A stretch of 64,000 nucleotides of DNA from Octopus vulgaris (taxonomy: Eukaryota): the NCBI GenBank assembly GCA_951406725.2, contig OX597823.1, positions 111,786,001 to 111,850,000 on the forward strand, given 5' to 3'. Shown piece after piece: positions 14,566 to 28,209 of the stretch (the first letter of the stretch is position 1; every line of letters begins with the position of its first letter). The position numbers and the translations under genes are program-made. Below the pieces are notes generated by a model. The model did not search any database and was not told the DNA's origin. It saw nothing but the letters and a program-made list of their open reading frames with translations.

Positions 14566-14792
14566 GCAAGCTGGCAGAATCGTTAGCATACCGGACGAAA
14601 TGCTTAGCAGTATTTCGTCTGCTGTTATGTTCTGAGTTCAAATTCTGCTAAAGTTGACTTTGCCTTTCATCCATTTGCAGTCAATTAAATAAGTACCACT
14701 TACACACTGGGGTCAATGTAATCGACTTAATCCCTTTGTCTGTCCTTGTTTGTCCCCTCTATGTTTAGCCCCCTGTGGGCAATAAAGAAATT
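14566..14792 (+). mobile_element. SINE family B
   Basis: Full-length copy with a 15-bp TSD AATATATTAACTGTG (14551-14565 and 14793-14807). Confidence 0.9.
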
Positions 14793-14918
14793 AATATATT
14801 AACTGTGTATTTATGCACTTAGATATGTGTGTATATATGTACATAAATATGAGCGCATGTGCATACATGCATACATGTACTTATGTATGCACATATATAT
14901 ATGTATGTCAACTAATAC

Positions 14919-15299
14919 ACGCAGGAGTGGTTGTGTGGTAAGTAGCTTGCTTACCAGCCACATGGTCCTGGGTTCAGTCTCACAGCGTGGCACCTTGGGC
15001 AAGTGTCTTCTGCTATAGCCTCAGCCAACCAAAGCCTTGTGAGTGGATTTGGTAGACAGAAACTGAAAGAAGCCCGTCGTATATATGTATGTGTGCGTAT
15101 ATGTTTGTGTGTCTGTTTGTCCCCCCAGCTTGACAACCGATGCTGGTGTGTTTACGTCCCCGTAACTAAGCAGTTCGGCAAAGGAGACCGATAGAATAAG
15201 TACTAGGCTTACAAAGAATAAGCTCTGGGGTCGATTTGCTCGACTATAAAGGTGGTGCTCCAGCATGGCCGCAGTCAAATGACTGAAACAAGTAAAAGA
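14919..15299 (+). mobile_element. SINE family A, full length
   Basis: Head, internal (TA/TG) tract and GAAACAAGTAAAAG tail. Confidence 0.9.
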
Positions 15300-15623
15300 C
15301 TATCCATACATACTTCATCAAGTCACCCAATCAGTTCCACTTAATTGCATAACTTTTCAAAATACAAAACTGTTTAGCATCAAACCAGTGAAGCATAAAA
15401 AGTCTGTAGAATTAACTGGTTAATTACAGATGTAAATATAGTTCTTTACACTAACTGCATAAGACTCTTTCTGATTTCAAACGAAATAATATTTTTAAAA
15501 AATCGGAGAAATCTCAATGCTTCCAGTTTCAAGATAAATTCAAATGACAACTGTCCATAATTCATGTTTACAAATCAGAAATGTGAAAAGAGTGGATGTT
15601 ATTAAAATTATTTTAAGCATTTA

Positions 15624-16017
15624 GGCATAGGAGTAGCTCTGTGGTAAGTAGCTTGCCTATGAACCACATGGTTCCGGGTTCAGTCCCACTACATGGCACC
15701 TTGGGCAAGTGTCTTCTACTATAGCCTCGGGCCGACCAACGCCTTGTGAGTGGATTTGGTAGAGGGAAACTGAAAGAAGCCTGTCGTATATATATGTTTC
15801 TGTGTCTGTGTTTGTCGCTCCAACATTACTTGACAACTGATGCTGGTGTGTTTACGTCCCCGTAACTTAGCATTTCGGCAAAAGAGACCGATAAAATACG
15901 TACTAAGGCTTACAAAGAATAAGTCCCGGGGTTGATTTGCTCGACTAAAGGCGGTGCTCCAGCATGGCCACAGTCACATGACTGAAACAAGTAAAGGAGT
16001 AAAAGGAGTAAGGAGTA
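15624..16017 (+). mobile_element. SINE family A, full length
   Basis: Same architecture, with a GTAAAGGA-type repeated tail. Confidence 0.9.
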
Positions 16018-16394
16018 TGAACTCCAAATGTTCTGACTTGAAATATTTTAATCTTATTCTTAATTGTGCATTAAAATAATTCAATGAGTAAATAATTAAT
16101 AGAGATAAAATCTGATTGTGTAAACATGTTAGTTTTTAATAATCAGTGAATATTTGCTAATCTTTTAATTTCATGTATGACTATATTTGCCTGTGGGAGA
16201 TCCAGTTAACGTTTTCTTGACTTCACATAACACAAATGGCTTCTTAATTATTTGAAGTGTTTGAAAGTCAGTGTTGTGATCTGTGAATTTGGTTAAGATT
16301 GGTTAATATCTGAGAATTTCTCATGGGCGGTAAGTCAAGTGATTCTCATGTTGAAACACGGCAGTGAGAAATATCTTAGACTTTTGGAAACTAA

Positions 16395-17326
16395 AGTAAA
16401 ATATATGTTAGAGTCTCTGTTTTGATTAACATTAACTGTGTGAATTGGTGCATTATCATCCCGGAAGATGGTACTACCACCAGGGAACAATGCTTGTACC
16501 ATAAGATAATGATGATTAACCAAAATATTAGATAACCTGGGGTCGATTTGCTTGACTATAAAAGTGGTGCTCCAGTATTTAGATATGTGTGTATGTATGT
16601 ACATAAATATGAGTGTATATGCATACATGCATACATGTATACATGTACTTATGTATGCACATATATATATATGTATGTATGTCAACTAACAGACCGCTAG
16701 AATAAGTACTAAGCTTAGAAAAAATAAGTCCTGGGGTCGATTTGCTTGACTATAAAAGTGGTGCTCCAGTATTTAGATATGTGTGTATGTATGTACATAA
16801 ATATGAGTGTATATGCATACATGCATACATGTATACATGTACTTATGTATGCACATATATATATATGTATGTATGTCAACTAACAGGTGCAGGAGTGGCT
16901 GTGTGGTAAGTAGCTTGCTTACCAACCACATGGTCCTGGGTTCAGTCCCACTGGATGGGACCGATTCCATATGGTTGCCCAAATTATCACAGAGTTACCT
17001 TTATGCCAAACAGTTAGTCAAAGGCTTGTTTGGGGGTGTTTCCAGACTTAAATTCGCCATGAAGTGGGGGAAAAAAAATGAAGTATGCTTCATTAGTGAA
17101 AATGACATTGTTTCATTGAATCATTGACCTCTTCTGATGGCCTAAACATAATTTATTCTGCTTTTCTATGAAGATGAGGGACAGGAGAGGTTTTAGCAAA
17201 TGCAGCTGTCCCATGGTATCCAGCTTTGTGAAATTAACAATGAATGGTTTTGGATTTTGTCCTTTTCTTAAGTGTCCAGTCTTGTCTTATAGTCACACTG
17301 ATTTTGTCAGAGAATTACATTCATGG
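16395..17326 (-). mobile_element. Tc1/mariner transposase fossil, interrupted at 16536-16953
   Basis: Minus-strand motifs in order: FHKAGYHGTAAF..KPLL (HTH linker), NNVIFTNEAYF (first D region), NSVIIWATI, then LFPGGSTIFRDDNAPIHT (second D, QDDNAPxH). Confidence 0.75.
16536..16953 (+). repeat. Rearranged local duplication of the 14818-15262 segment (SINE A pieces plus its upstream flank, twice)
   Basis: A unit of about 155 bp occurs at 16536-16691 and 16730-16886. Its flank part matches 14818-14915 and it shares the GACTATAAA variant with 15242. Confidence 0.8.
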
Positions 17327-17340
17327 TACACATATCTGTG

Positions 17341-17943
17341 AAGGTGGCGAGCTGGCAGAAATGTTAGCCAACTGGGTGAAATGCTTAGCGGTATTTCGTC
17401 TGCTGCTACGTTCTGAGTTCAAATTCCACCGAGGTCGACTTTACCTTTCATCCTTTCAGGTTCGATAAATTAAGTACCAGTTATGCACTGGGGTCGATGT
17501 AATCAACTTAATCCGTTTGTCTGTCCTTGTTTGTCCCCTCTGTGTTTAGCCCCTTGTGGGTAGTAAAGAAATAGGTATTTCGTCTGCTGTTACGTTCTGA
17601 GTTCAAATTCCGCCGAGGTTGACTTTGCCTTTCATCCTTTCGGGGTCAATTAAATAAGTACCAGTTATGCACTGGGGTCGATACAATCGACTTAATCGGT
17701 TTGTCTGTTCTTGTTTGTCCTCTCTGTGTTTAGCCCCTTGTGGGTAGTAAAGAAATAGGTATTTCGTCTGCTGTTACATTCTGAGTTCAAATTCCGCCGA
17801 GGTTGACTTTGACTTTCATCCTTTCGGGGTCAATTAAATAAGTACCAGTTATGCACTGGGGTCGATGTAATCGACTTAATCCGTTTGTCTGTCCTTGTTT
17901 GTCCCCTCTGTGTTTAGCCCCTTGTGGATAGTAAAGAAATAGA
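17341..17943 (+). mobile_element. SINE family B with its body tandemly triplicated
   Basis: One head and three units of about 184 bp joined at AAAGAAATA|GGTATTTCG. A single TSD TACACATATCTGTGA (17327-17341 and 17944-17958) brackets the whole array. Confidence 0.9.
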
Positions 17944-18311
17944 TACACATATCTGTGATACACTCAGCTTCTTAAAATGGTACTCTTCACCTGAATAGTG
18001 ATGACGGTGATTTTTGGTAGCCTGCAGGATGAAAAAAGAGCTATATGAAAGACAAATGAATTCTAGAGAATAGATGAAGCTTATCTATTGATGAGAACAT
18101 GCAGAATTATATGTGTACATAAATGTACACAAGACACTAAAACTATTTACCGAAATCTATGGTATTTGTAGTTTCTAGCAATTTTATTTTATCTATTCGC
18201 TTGTTATTTATGTAACAGTTTTAAACATTTCCCTCTAAAACATTTGAACAATTATGACTATAGTATTAGATAGGCATGTACTTACGCAATCTTCTTTGTT
18301 TTTTTCTTTTG

Positions 18312-18680
18312 TGCTAGTAGGGTGCTAAGAGCATCATCCGAGCATGATCGTTGCCAGAGCGGCTAACTGGCTCCTGTGCCGGTGGCACGTAAAAGGGCAC
18401 CATTCGAGCGTGATCGTTACCTGTGTCGCCTTACTGGCACCTGTGCCGGTGGCATGTGTAAAAAGATTCGAGCGAGGTCGTTGCCAGTACCGCATGCAAA
18501 AATCACCCACTACACTGTCGGAGTAGATGGCGTTAAGAAGGGCATCCAGCTGTAGAAAGTCTGCTAGATCAAGATGGAGCCTGGTGCAGCCATCTGGTTC
18601 GCCAGCCCTCAGTCAAAATCGTCTAACCTATGCTAGCATGGAAAGCGGACGTTAAACGATGATGATGATGATGATGATGA
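18312..18680 (+). mobile_element. RTE LINE 3' UTR copy
   Basis: Internal GTGCCGGTGGCA sub-repeats; ends CATGGAAAGCGGACGTTAAAC(GAT)n. Confidence 0.85.
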
Positions 18681-18741
18681 TACACATATACATTAAAATA
18701 CACATGGGTAAATGATACACACATTCACACTTATATGTGCA

Positions 18742-18825
<84 letters not shown>

Positions 18826-18967
18826 ATTATAAATTAGGGTATCTACGAGATAGCACCATGCTGAAAATAGCAGCCATGAACCGACTCTAAAACCACTTAA
18901 GTTTTCATACAGCAACATGGAGAAAAGACAAAGAGACAAGATGAAACTAGTAAAAAATTACAGGATA

Positions 18968-19026
18968 ATTCTAGATCCCGGATTTCTGATTTTGCATTTA
19001 GAAATGCTTTGCCTCATCAGTAGAAT
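18968..19026 (-). ncRNA. Type-I hammerhead ribozyme motif (canonical core, damaged helix II base) in a Penelope-type remnant at about 18830-19050
   Basis: AUUCUA-CUGAUGA-[helix II with a GCAUUU/AAAUGC hairpin]-GAAA-UCCGGGA-UC-UAGAAU. Helix I is a perfect 6 bp; triplet AUC. Confidence 0.6.
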
Positions 19027-19048
19027 ACACTCAGAAAGAAACATAAAT

Positions 19049-19081
<33 letters not shown>

Positions 19082-19568
19082 AATATATATCTTTGCATTA
19101 GTCTTCTCTAATATAAATGCAAGCTCACAAACCAGAGAGGAATCTAGTTGATTTGAACTCAAGGTATAAAGAGATGCAACAAAACATTTCACATTATTTA
19201 CTTCCAGATTCTCTCCTAACTTACCTACATCCCCCCATTCTCGAAATAAGAATACATTATATCATATTATATTATATTACTTTATATTATATTTTATTTC
19301 ATTTATGTGTTTTGGCATGTGTATTGTATATTACTGATTATTTGCATATGTATTGTTATAATGTCTACAGCAAACATTAGAAACTAGACGGCTATGTTCA
19401 TACAGCTACAATAGATTATTTTACACTGATATCATACAAATACCAATATGATTGCAGAAATATAAGTACATATAAGAACATACATATGCACATATTCACA
19501 TTTGTAAACATACATATAAAATACATTCGTGTATCTTTATGTAAGTCTATAATAAATAACAGCAATAG

Positions 19569-19805
<237 letters not shown>

Positions 19806-20671
19806 TACGTATACAGTTGTATACATTTGCAGCCAAATATCAAGTATTTGCATGATAAAATCCGAAATGAGTTCATACCGACTTCAAATTGACTGCCATG
19901 TGAAATTATATGGCTCACCGATTTTGAAAATGTTTGGCATTTTCTCATATGCTTCTCGATATTTTGTTTTTATTTCTTTAAACATATTTTTTCTTTTTGT
20001 TTTCTTTCGTGCTTGTTTTAATGTTTTTTTTTTTTATTTTTACCTCTTGGTTTGTGAAACTATCAAAGAGACCGATATTATGTTTTGTAACAGATGTTGG
20101 CAGCTGACGAGTGCATCTCTAGAAACCAGGACAATAGCAAGTTGGCTTATGTATGCATGTATGTATATTGTCTAACGATATTTGCAATATATATAGACAT
20201 ATATATATGTGTGTTTGTGTGTGTGTGTAAGAGAGAGTATGCATGTATATGCATTTATATATATATATATATACATATGTATGTATATATAATATATATA
20301 TGTATATATATACATATATATATATATACATATATATATAGGCATATACATACGTAATACACACACACAGACATATATATACACAGATATGTGTTAGTGT
20401 ATATATGTAATGGATGTTTTATTTGTTGTCACATAATGGACAATAAAATCTTATTTTGTAACAAACAAGTACACAAAAACATATATATTAAGAAATCAAG
20501 GTACACATGCATGCATATTTATGTGTGTTTGTGTGTATGTATATATGTGCATACACATTTATGTGTGCATACATATTTATGTGTGTACATGTGTGTATGT
20601 ATATATGTGCATACACACCCACAAATTTCATAAATAGTTACCTCTGTATATATTGTGGAGGGTATTTGTGC

Positions 20672-20718
<47 letters not shown>

Positions 20719-20770
20719 GATAAATAGATAGATATATAGATAGATCTGTGTGTGTGTATGTGTGTGTTTG

Positions 20771-20827
<57 letters not shown>

Positions 20828-22141
20828 CCAGGCATTCACCCATGAACCAGCAAGGCTTGATAACATGTACAATGCTTTCATTAATTGTTTTAGGTGCCTT
20901 TGTTGATGTGAGCAGACACAGACACCCTCTTCAACATTCCCCTCTTTGAAAATGGGGTTCCTTGCTAAATATCAGTGCATGCAGCCAAACCCAAGGATTG
21001 AACCAGTGATATAGTGATTTTGAGGCAAACACCATAATCACTAGGTCATTTACTTTCACACACTCACACACACACATACACACACACACACACATGCACA
21101 TTTACTTTACCAATTTTCCTGAACCTTTGGGCTCCAAAGCTTTTCCAAATTCCTGATTTTTGGGAACCAGAAGTGGGAGTTACCTTCATCAGCACTAGAT
21201 TAAATGAATACCAAATTTAATTAGATAATTGAATGAAACACAGGTACCTGTAAATTAGTATAAATGATGCAATTTTATTAATACTGTACTGTGCAAGAAA
21301 CTAGTTTGTGCAAGGTACCAGTATACTAGTTTGGTGTCTGATGGAATTTGAAATTCTTGCTCATGATTTAATGTAGATTATAAGAGGTTCCAGACCAAAG
21401 ATGGTGTTTTACCTGTGTATATATGTTGTATTTTGTATGTGTGTGTTTGTATGTGATTGGGTACTCTTCATAAGCCAAAAACAAATGTGCTCAATAAATG
21501 AAAAGAACAATGAAAAGTTTTATGTAATGATTATATAAGCTAATTAGATAATGGAATTATCAAATTCATGCAAGAAAATCTCTTTGGATGTGTCTGTTTG
21601 GATTTGAAACAGTCTGAAATTAAAAGGCTGCAGAGGAAGTTATAGTCAGTTCTGTTTTGCATGCCTCGAAATAATATAATACACAACTTTTCTTTTTTCT
21701 TAAAATTATGGAAAAATTGTTTTTAGTGTAATGCTAATAATTAAGGATTCGGGTCTGACAAGAAATTTACCCCTCGGAGTGAAAACGACTATAACTTGAA
21801 TGCTATATATGTAGAAGTGAAAGAAGGATAGAAAGAGTAAAAGAGAGAAACGAAGAAAGGAAGGAAAAAGTAAAAGAATGAATGATAGAAGAAAAGGGTA
21901 AGAGTAGAGAGAGCAAAAGAAAAAGAAGAATGATTGATATAAATACTGAAAGATATAAACAGAGAGGGAGCTTGTGAGACAGAAATGTAAGACTTTGGAA
22001 AAGGAAAGGATGGATGACAAAAAAAGAAAGAAAGAAAGAATAAAAAGAAGAAATATTTGTAGGAGAGGGTGAAATGGAAGGCTAGGATCTGAAGAAAGAT
22101 CAGGCAGTGAGGAGTAATTGGAAAGATTTCTTTCTGTGATC

Positions 22142-22177
22142 CTTTCTGTGGAAGAGCATAGGCTCGAAACGTAAAAG
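22142..22177 (+). ncRNA. Minimal hammerhead-like motif with variant core CUGUGGA, in a Penelope-type remnant at about 22120-22270
   Basis: CUUU-CUGUGGA-A-GAGC(AUAG)GCUC-GAAAC-GUA-AAAG, with palindromic ACGU in place of helix III. Confidence 0.55.
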
Positions 22178-22270
22178 AAATTTTCATTTTGCAAGCATTA
22201 TACTAATACATTTGTTTGTTTTCTATACTACTTGTCTTTGTCTTTTGTTTTTTTGCGAATTCTACCCCCA

Positions 22271-22351
<81 letters not shown>

Positions 22352-22352
<1 letters not shown>

Positions 22353-22567
22353 TCTTTTATTTGTTCAGTCATTTGACTGGTGTCATACTGGAGCACTGCC
22401 TTTAGTCAAACAAATCGACCCCAGGACTTATTCTTTTGTAAGCCCAGTACTTATTCTATTGGTCACTTTTGCCGAACCACAAAGTTATAGGGACACAAAC
22501 ACACCAATATCGGTTGTCAAGCAAATGATGGGGAGACAAACACATACATACATACGTACATTCATAC

Positions 22568-22645
<78 letters not shown>

Positions 22646-22791
22646 AATGGGCTTTTTCAGTTTCTGTCAGCCAAATCCACTCCCAAGGCTTTGGTTGGCC
22701 TGAGGCTATAGTAGAAGACACTTGCCCAAGGTGCCACCCAGAACCATGTGGTTGGTAAGCAAGCTACTTACCATGCAGCTACTCCTGCATC
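22352..22791 (-). mobile_element. SINE family A
   Basis: Reverse complement of a full element with an expanded internal (TA)n. Confidence 0.88.
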
Positions 22792-22794
22792 AAT

Positions 22795-22844
<50 letters not shown>

Positions 22845-23642
22845 TATATCAATCAAAATATACAAGACTATAGATCCATTACAGCCGATCTTGCCAATCT
22901 GAGTCGCACTGGGTATCAAAATTGGATATTAGATAAGAGCATAGTTACTTATACTACATGTTCTTCAAAGATAGCAGGTATAGAAAAAATATAGCATCTG
23001 ATATTTAACCATGCAATTATCTAACATCTAGTCTTAGTGCCCAGTGCATAACCATTTAGTAAGATTGGTTGTCAAGGATCCATAACTGCATACTATTATT
23101 AATATATCCACTCTGTTGACAAACGTATGAGTGCATCACTTTTCTGACTTATGGACTCTTAGATTATACATATGTATATATACATGTGTGTGTGTGTATT
23201 TGTGTGTGTGTGTTTGTGTGTGTGTGTGTTTGTGTGTGTGTATAGTCACTTTAACAAACAAACAATTCAAAAGACAAATAAAATATAAATAGAGAAAAAA
23301 ATGAAAAGAGAAAAAAGAAGAAAACGAATGACAATAGTGTGATACTAGACATAGCTGTAGTTCACTCCTCCTTGCAATATATAGAAAAATAAGGGACATA
23401 CTGTCACTGTTCCTGCCATAAGCAAACTAGCTAGTCAAGAAAATATCAGTTTTTATACTGAGAAGTAATTTTAAAGCAGCCTAAACACTGCTGTTCTTTA
23501 GGAACCAATAATACTGCTATTTTAATCTTGGGAGGACGCCTCCTCCAGCTGGTTGTGCAGTGCATTCTGCACTCAGTATATATTGCAAGAGGGTAGGGAA
23601 CTCCCTACTCCTTTTGCTCTGAGACCACTAATATATATATAT

Positions 23643-23872
23643 GTTTCTTTATTACCCACAAGGGGCTAAACTTAGAGGGGACAAACAAGGACAGACAAAT
23701 GGATTAATTCGATTACATCGACCCCAGTGCGTAACTGGTACTTAATTTATCGACCCCAAAAGGATGAAAGGCAAAGTCGACCTTGGTGGAATTTGAACTC
23801 AGAATGTAGCAAAGAGCAAAATACTGCGAAGCACTTCATCCGGCATGCTAATGTCTCTGCCAGCTCGCCGCC
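23643..23872 (-). mobile_element. SINE family B
   Basis: Full copy flanked by TGAGACCA(C/T)TAATATATATAT repeats (TSD). Confidence 0.9.
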
Positions 23873-23945
23873 CTATGAGACCATTAATATATATATTAAT
23901 GAGATCACTAATATATATATTATATATCACTAATATAAATATATA

Positions 23946-24360
23946 GGCGCAGGAGTGGCTGTGTGGTAAGTAGCTTGCTAACCTACCACATGGTTCTGGG
24001 TTCAGTCCCACTGCGTGGCATCTTGGGCAAATGTCTTCTACTATAGCCCCGGGCCAACCAATGCCTTGTGAGTGGATTTGGTAGATGGAAACTGAAAGAA
24101 GCCTGTCATATATATGTATGTATATATATATATATGTATGTGTGTGTGTTTGTGTGTCTGTGTTTGTCCCCCTAGCATTGCTTGACAACCGATACTGGTG
24201 TGTTTACGTCCCTGTCACTTAGCGGTTCGGCAAAAGAGACCGATAGAATAAGTACTGGGCTTACAAAGAATAAGTCTCGGGGTCGATTTGCTTGACTAAA
24301 GGCGGTGCTCCAGCATGGCCGCAGTCAAATGACTGAAACAAGTAAAAGAGTAAAAGAGTA
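23946..24360 (+). mobile_element. SINE family A, full length, CpG-rich (young)
   Basis: GGCGCAGGAGTGGCTGTGTGG...GTAAAAGAGTAAAAGAG. Confidence 0.92.
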
Positions 24361-24755
24361 TATATCCAATATCCACCCATATGTCACATCTTTCTCTCTT
24401 GATGCTATTCTCCATCTGGTATTGTTAATCGGTTCGGCACCAACTCCTTAGCTCATATTTATCATCGACACACTCCTGCATTGATCTTCGTTCATTATTG
24501 AGTAGATGTTTCATCATTCGAGCCTCATTTCTTATCATCCTTCACTCTCCATACACACGTGCTACTTCCATTTACCTTTACTTCCTGTTCTTCTGCCCGT
24601 TCTGACTCCTCATCACCACCATTTCCATTTCTTTTTCCAGCAGCACATAATTACACCAACCCATTGTAGTTCACACTGTGATCTTCTATGTATCTCTTCT
24701 ATAGCAAGAAACCTGTTTTGGTCCCGTCTTTCATACTCTAATATATCATCATGTG

Positions 24756-24989
24756 AGGGCAGCAAGCTGGCAGAGTCGTTAGCACGCCAGGCGAAATGCT
24801 TAGCGGCTTTTCGTCTTCCGCTACATTCTGAGTTCAAATTCCGCTGAGGCCGACTTTGCCTTTCATCCTTTCGGAATCTATTAAATAAGTACCAGTTACC
24901 GCACTGGGGTCAATTTAATTGACTCGATCCTTTTGTCTGTCCTTGTTTGTCCCCTCTATATTTCGCCCCCTGTGGGCAATAAACAAATA
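24756..24989 (+). mobile_element. SINE family B
   Basis: Full copy with TSD AATATATCAT(C/T)ATGT. Confidence 0.88.
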
Positions 24990-25014
24990 AATATATCATT
25001 ATGTAGTTCCCAAA

Positions 25015-25313
25015 CGTGGTTCCCAAACTTTTTCAGGCTTCTGACCCCTTGGTTCTAAGGCCACATTTCTAGTATCCCCACCACCACACTCATCATCACA
25101 GACACAAATCATTTTCGATAACAAATTCAAAACAGCAGAATTTCACAATTAAATCTTAATCTAATTAACCCTTGATTTTCTTTGTTTTTTTTTGTTTTTT
25201 TTTACATTGATTGCTCCGTTTTAGTCACCCCCATTATTGCCCCATTTCTCTTCAATACACCTCTGAAGCTTTCCCCAGGTGGAGGGCGGTACTGCCCACT
25301 TTGAGAACCACTG
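25015..25313. mobile_element. hAT-type MITE
   Basis: TIR-like ends GTGGTTCCCAAA / TTTGAGAACCACTG. Confidence 0.6.
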
Positions 25314-25436
25314 ATGTTCAGTGTAATACTGTCTCCCTTTCCACTGTAACTAGCTGAGCCAAAAGAGACACCCAGTAATGTTAGTGCTTCAAAACAAGCA
25401 TCATAATACTCGGTAAAGTAGTTTGTTTTAGGAACA

Positions 25437-26010
25437 CCATCATCATTGTTCGACCGTGGTCGAGACAATGGAATTTACCATGCTACGCCAGACTTCACGG
25501 TCCATCATGGCATTACGGAGGTCCTGTTGCTGGATGCCTGTATCCCTGGAGATTACATCAGGGTAGGAGAGTGTGCACCCTCTGGTATCACGAGTAGATG
25601 GCTTCCAGAGAAGAGTAGAAATTGCCTCGTTTTCAGCTCTACAACAATGTCCAGCAAACCGGACTCTCCTACCTTTCACAAGAGATGACACAGGTGGTAG
25701 TTTCCCATATATTTGCATTTTGGTTGGATGGCGCCTCCACGAGAGATTTTGAGCTCTCATAAGGAGGCAAGTGTAGGTTCCATCCAACCGCCTCTCAAGC
25801 TTCTTTGATAACGTCCAGGTTTCTGAGTCATATAGTAGAATTGTTTCGACGCTGGCTTTGAATATTTCAAGTTTCTACTTAGATTTGATGACCAGATCTT
25901 ATGCATGTCATTACAGGCTGACCAGGCCATTCCCTTTCTAGTTAGAAAATCTTTTCCAGATGATGATATGTAAGACCCAAGATATTTGTAATCAGAAACC
26001 ATATTTGAGG
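25437..26010 (-). mobile_element. RTE-like LINE, 5'-truncated RT C-terminal fragment
   Basis: VSDYKYLGSYI...RKGMAWSACNDMHKIWSS...RRVRFAGHCCR...MMDREVWRSMV, then a stop and a (TGA)n tail; frameshifted. Confidence 0.88.
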
Positions 26011-26863
26011 GCGCATTCTTGAGAGTATTTAGGAACAGCATCCACCTGTTGAAATCACAGCAAACATTGAAGCGTGATGGAGACTTGAGACCCATCAGAT
26101 CCAGTCAGACTGTGCAACTCATGCCAACATGGAAGACAGACGTTGAAGAAATGATATTGAGGAGGAGGAAGATGATTATGATACAGATGAAGTGTGTGTA
26201 CATATATCTATACACACGTATGAACATACACTGGCAGAATTGTACTTTTGTATATAACTTTATTTGTTAGCCTATAATAAACATGTATATGCATTTATAA
26301 ACTTAGAGCTTAGCTTTTTGTATGCATGTATATTAATATCTACGCTCAAATGCTCGTATATAATACATAATATATATAGGTACATGTATAGGTGTTTGTG
26401 TGCATGTGCATACATATATAATATGTATATATATATATCAGACGTACACATACACCTGTATCTATTGGGTTCTTTTTATGCAAGACTATCCTGAGAATAT
26501 GTTTTTATCTGATCTGCTTGCATTTCAAATCTATATTTTCCAAACTCTTTTCAACTCCTGCCCTCAACCTTTCGACCAATATTATTATTGTTTTCATTAT
26601 TACAATTTTGAACGTTGTTATCTATATTATTTCTATTAACAGTATTATTATTATTGCTACTACTACCACTATATCTACTATTTTATTATTTATATTATGA
26701 TAACCATTTTTCTTTGTTTCGAATATTTTTTTTAGACATCATTGTATTTTTATGGCTTTTTCCCTGTTACTTTAGAATATATTATCCTTTCTCTCTCCCC
26801 CTCTCTCCCTCTCTTTCTCTCTTCATATATATATATATATAAATATATATATATATTAATATA

Positions 26864-26912
<49 letters not shown>

Positions 26913-27459
26913 GTATGTAAAAGTATATGTTGGTATATGTATTTATGTTTCACAGATATATATGTTTATGTCTATATGTATATATATATATATATATATA
27001 TGATTTATACATTTTATTTGTGGACACACGTTATCCATACATTATTTTTCTTATGTTAATTTTTGTGACTATATTTTATATTTTATATTTTATATTTATT
27101 ATTGTACGTTATTGTTATTCTTGATCTTTTTTTTGTTTGTTTATTATTTTGTTCTTTTGCTTCCTTATATTTCACTCTGTTATTTTTCAATAACATCTGT
27201 TAATGTAGCACTAGAAGAGGAAAAGAAAGAAAGAAAGAGATGAACCTGGAAAAAGCAAAAGAAAAAAATGGGAAAGAAAATGATGTAAAAAATAAAAAAA
27301 GAAAGAAAATAGAAATGAAATTATATCCAAACAAGAATGGATGGGAAAAGTTGAAAAAAAAATGATACAGTAGACTATCAATTGATCCATAAATATAACC
27401 AGCATGTATATAAAATATCAGGTATATATAAAGAAATATATAAATAAACAACTATATAA

Positions 27460-27518
<59 letters not shown>

Positions 27519-27604
27519 TATTTATATATATATATATATACACACACATATATATATATATAATCTATATATCTATAACTATCTATCTATCTATCTATCT
27601 ATCC

Positions 27605-27638
<34 letters not shown>

Positions 27639-27801
27639 ATATATATATATGTATATATGTACATATATATATATTTACATATGTATGTATGTGTGTGTGT
27701 GTGTGTGTATTATATATATATTATATATATATCAATATATGTAATATACATATTGAATACATACAATATATATTTATAGTATGTATAGTATTATGCGGTA
27801 T

Positions 27802-27903
<102 letters not shown>

Positions 27904-28209
27904 GATGGACTTTCCAGTTGGTTTCGACATATGAGGATCTGACAACCTGTTCTTTCTTTGTCAGTTATAATGCTTATGTTGAATGTGGCATTTAAGTCCC
28001 CCCAATGATTTTCAGAAGAGCCCACAGATCCTGAAAGTATGAGGATTACAGGTCAGTGCAGGTGGTATATTTGCGGCTGCTTTTCTCCTTTGCCTTGCAC
28101 CCCAAAAGCCTGTCAATGCTGGTTGCAACAAAGCTTCTAATACCGTTTTGACACAACAATCTCAATATATACATGCACATATATACACACATACATATAT
28201 GGGTGTATA

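Noticed and set aside
17389-17943. CRISPR-like or satellite array
   Set aside because: The units are 184-bp SINE bodies with no unique spacers, and the context is eukaryotic.
21130-21200. Minus-strand CTGATGA...GAAAAGCTTT motif
   Set aside because: No helix I or helix II pairing.
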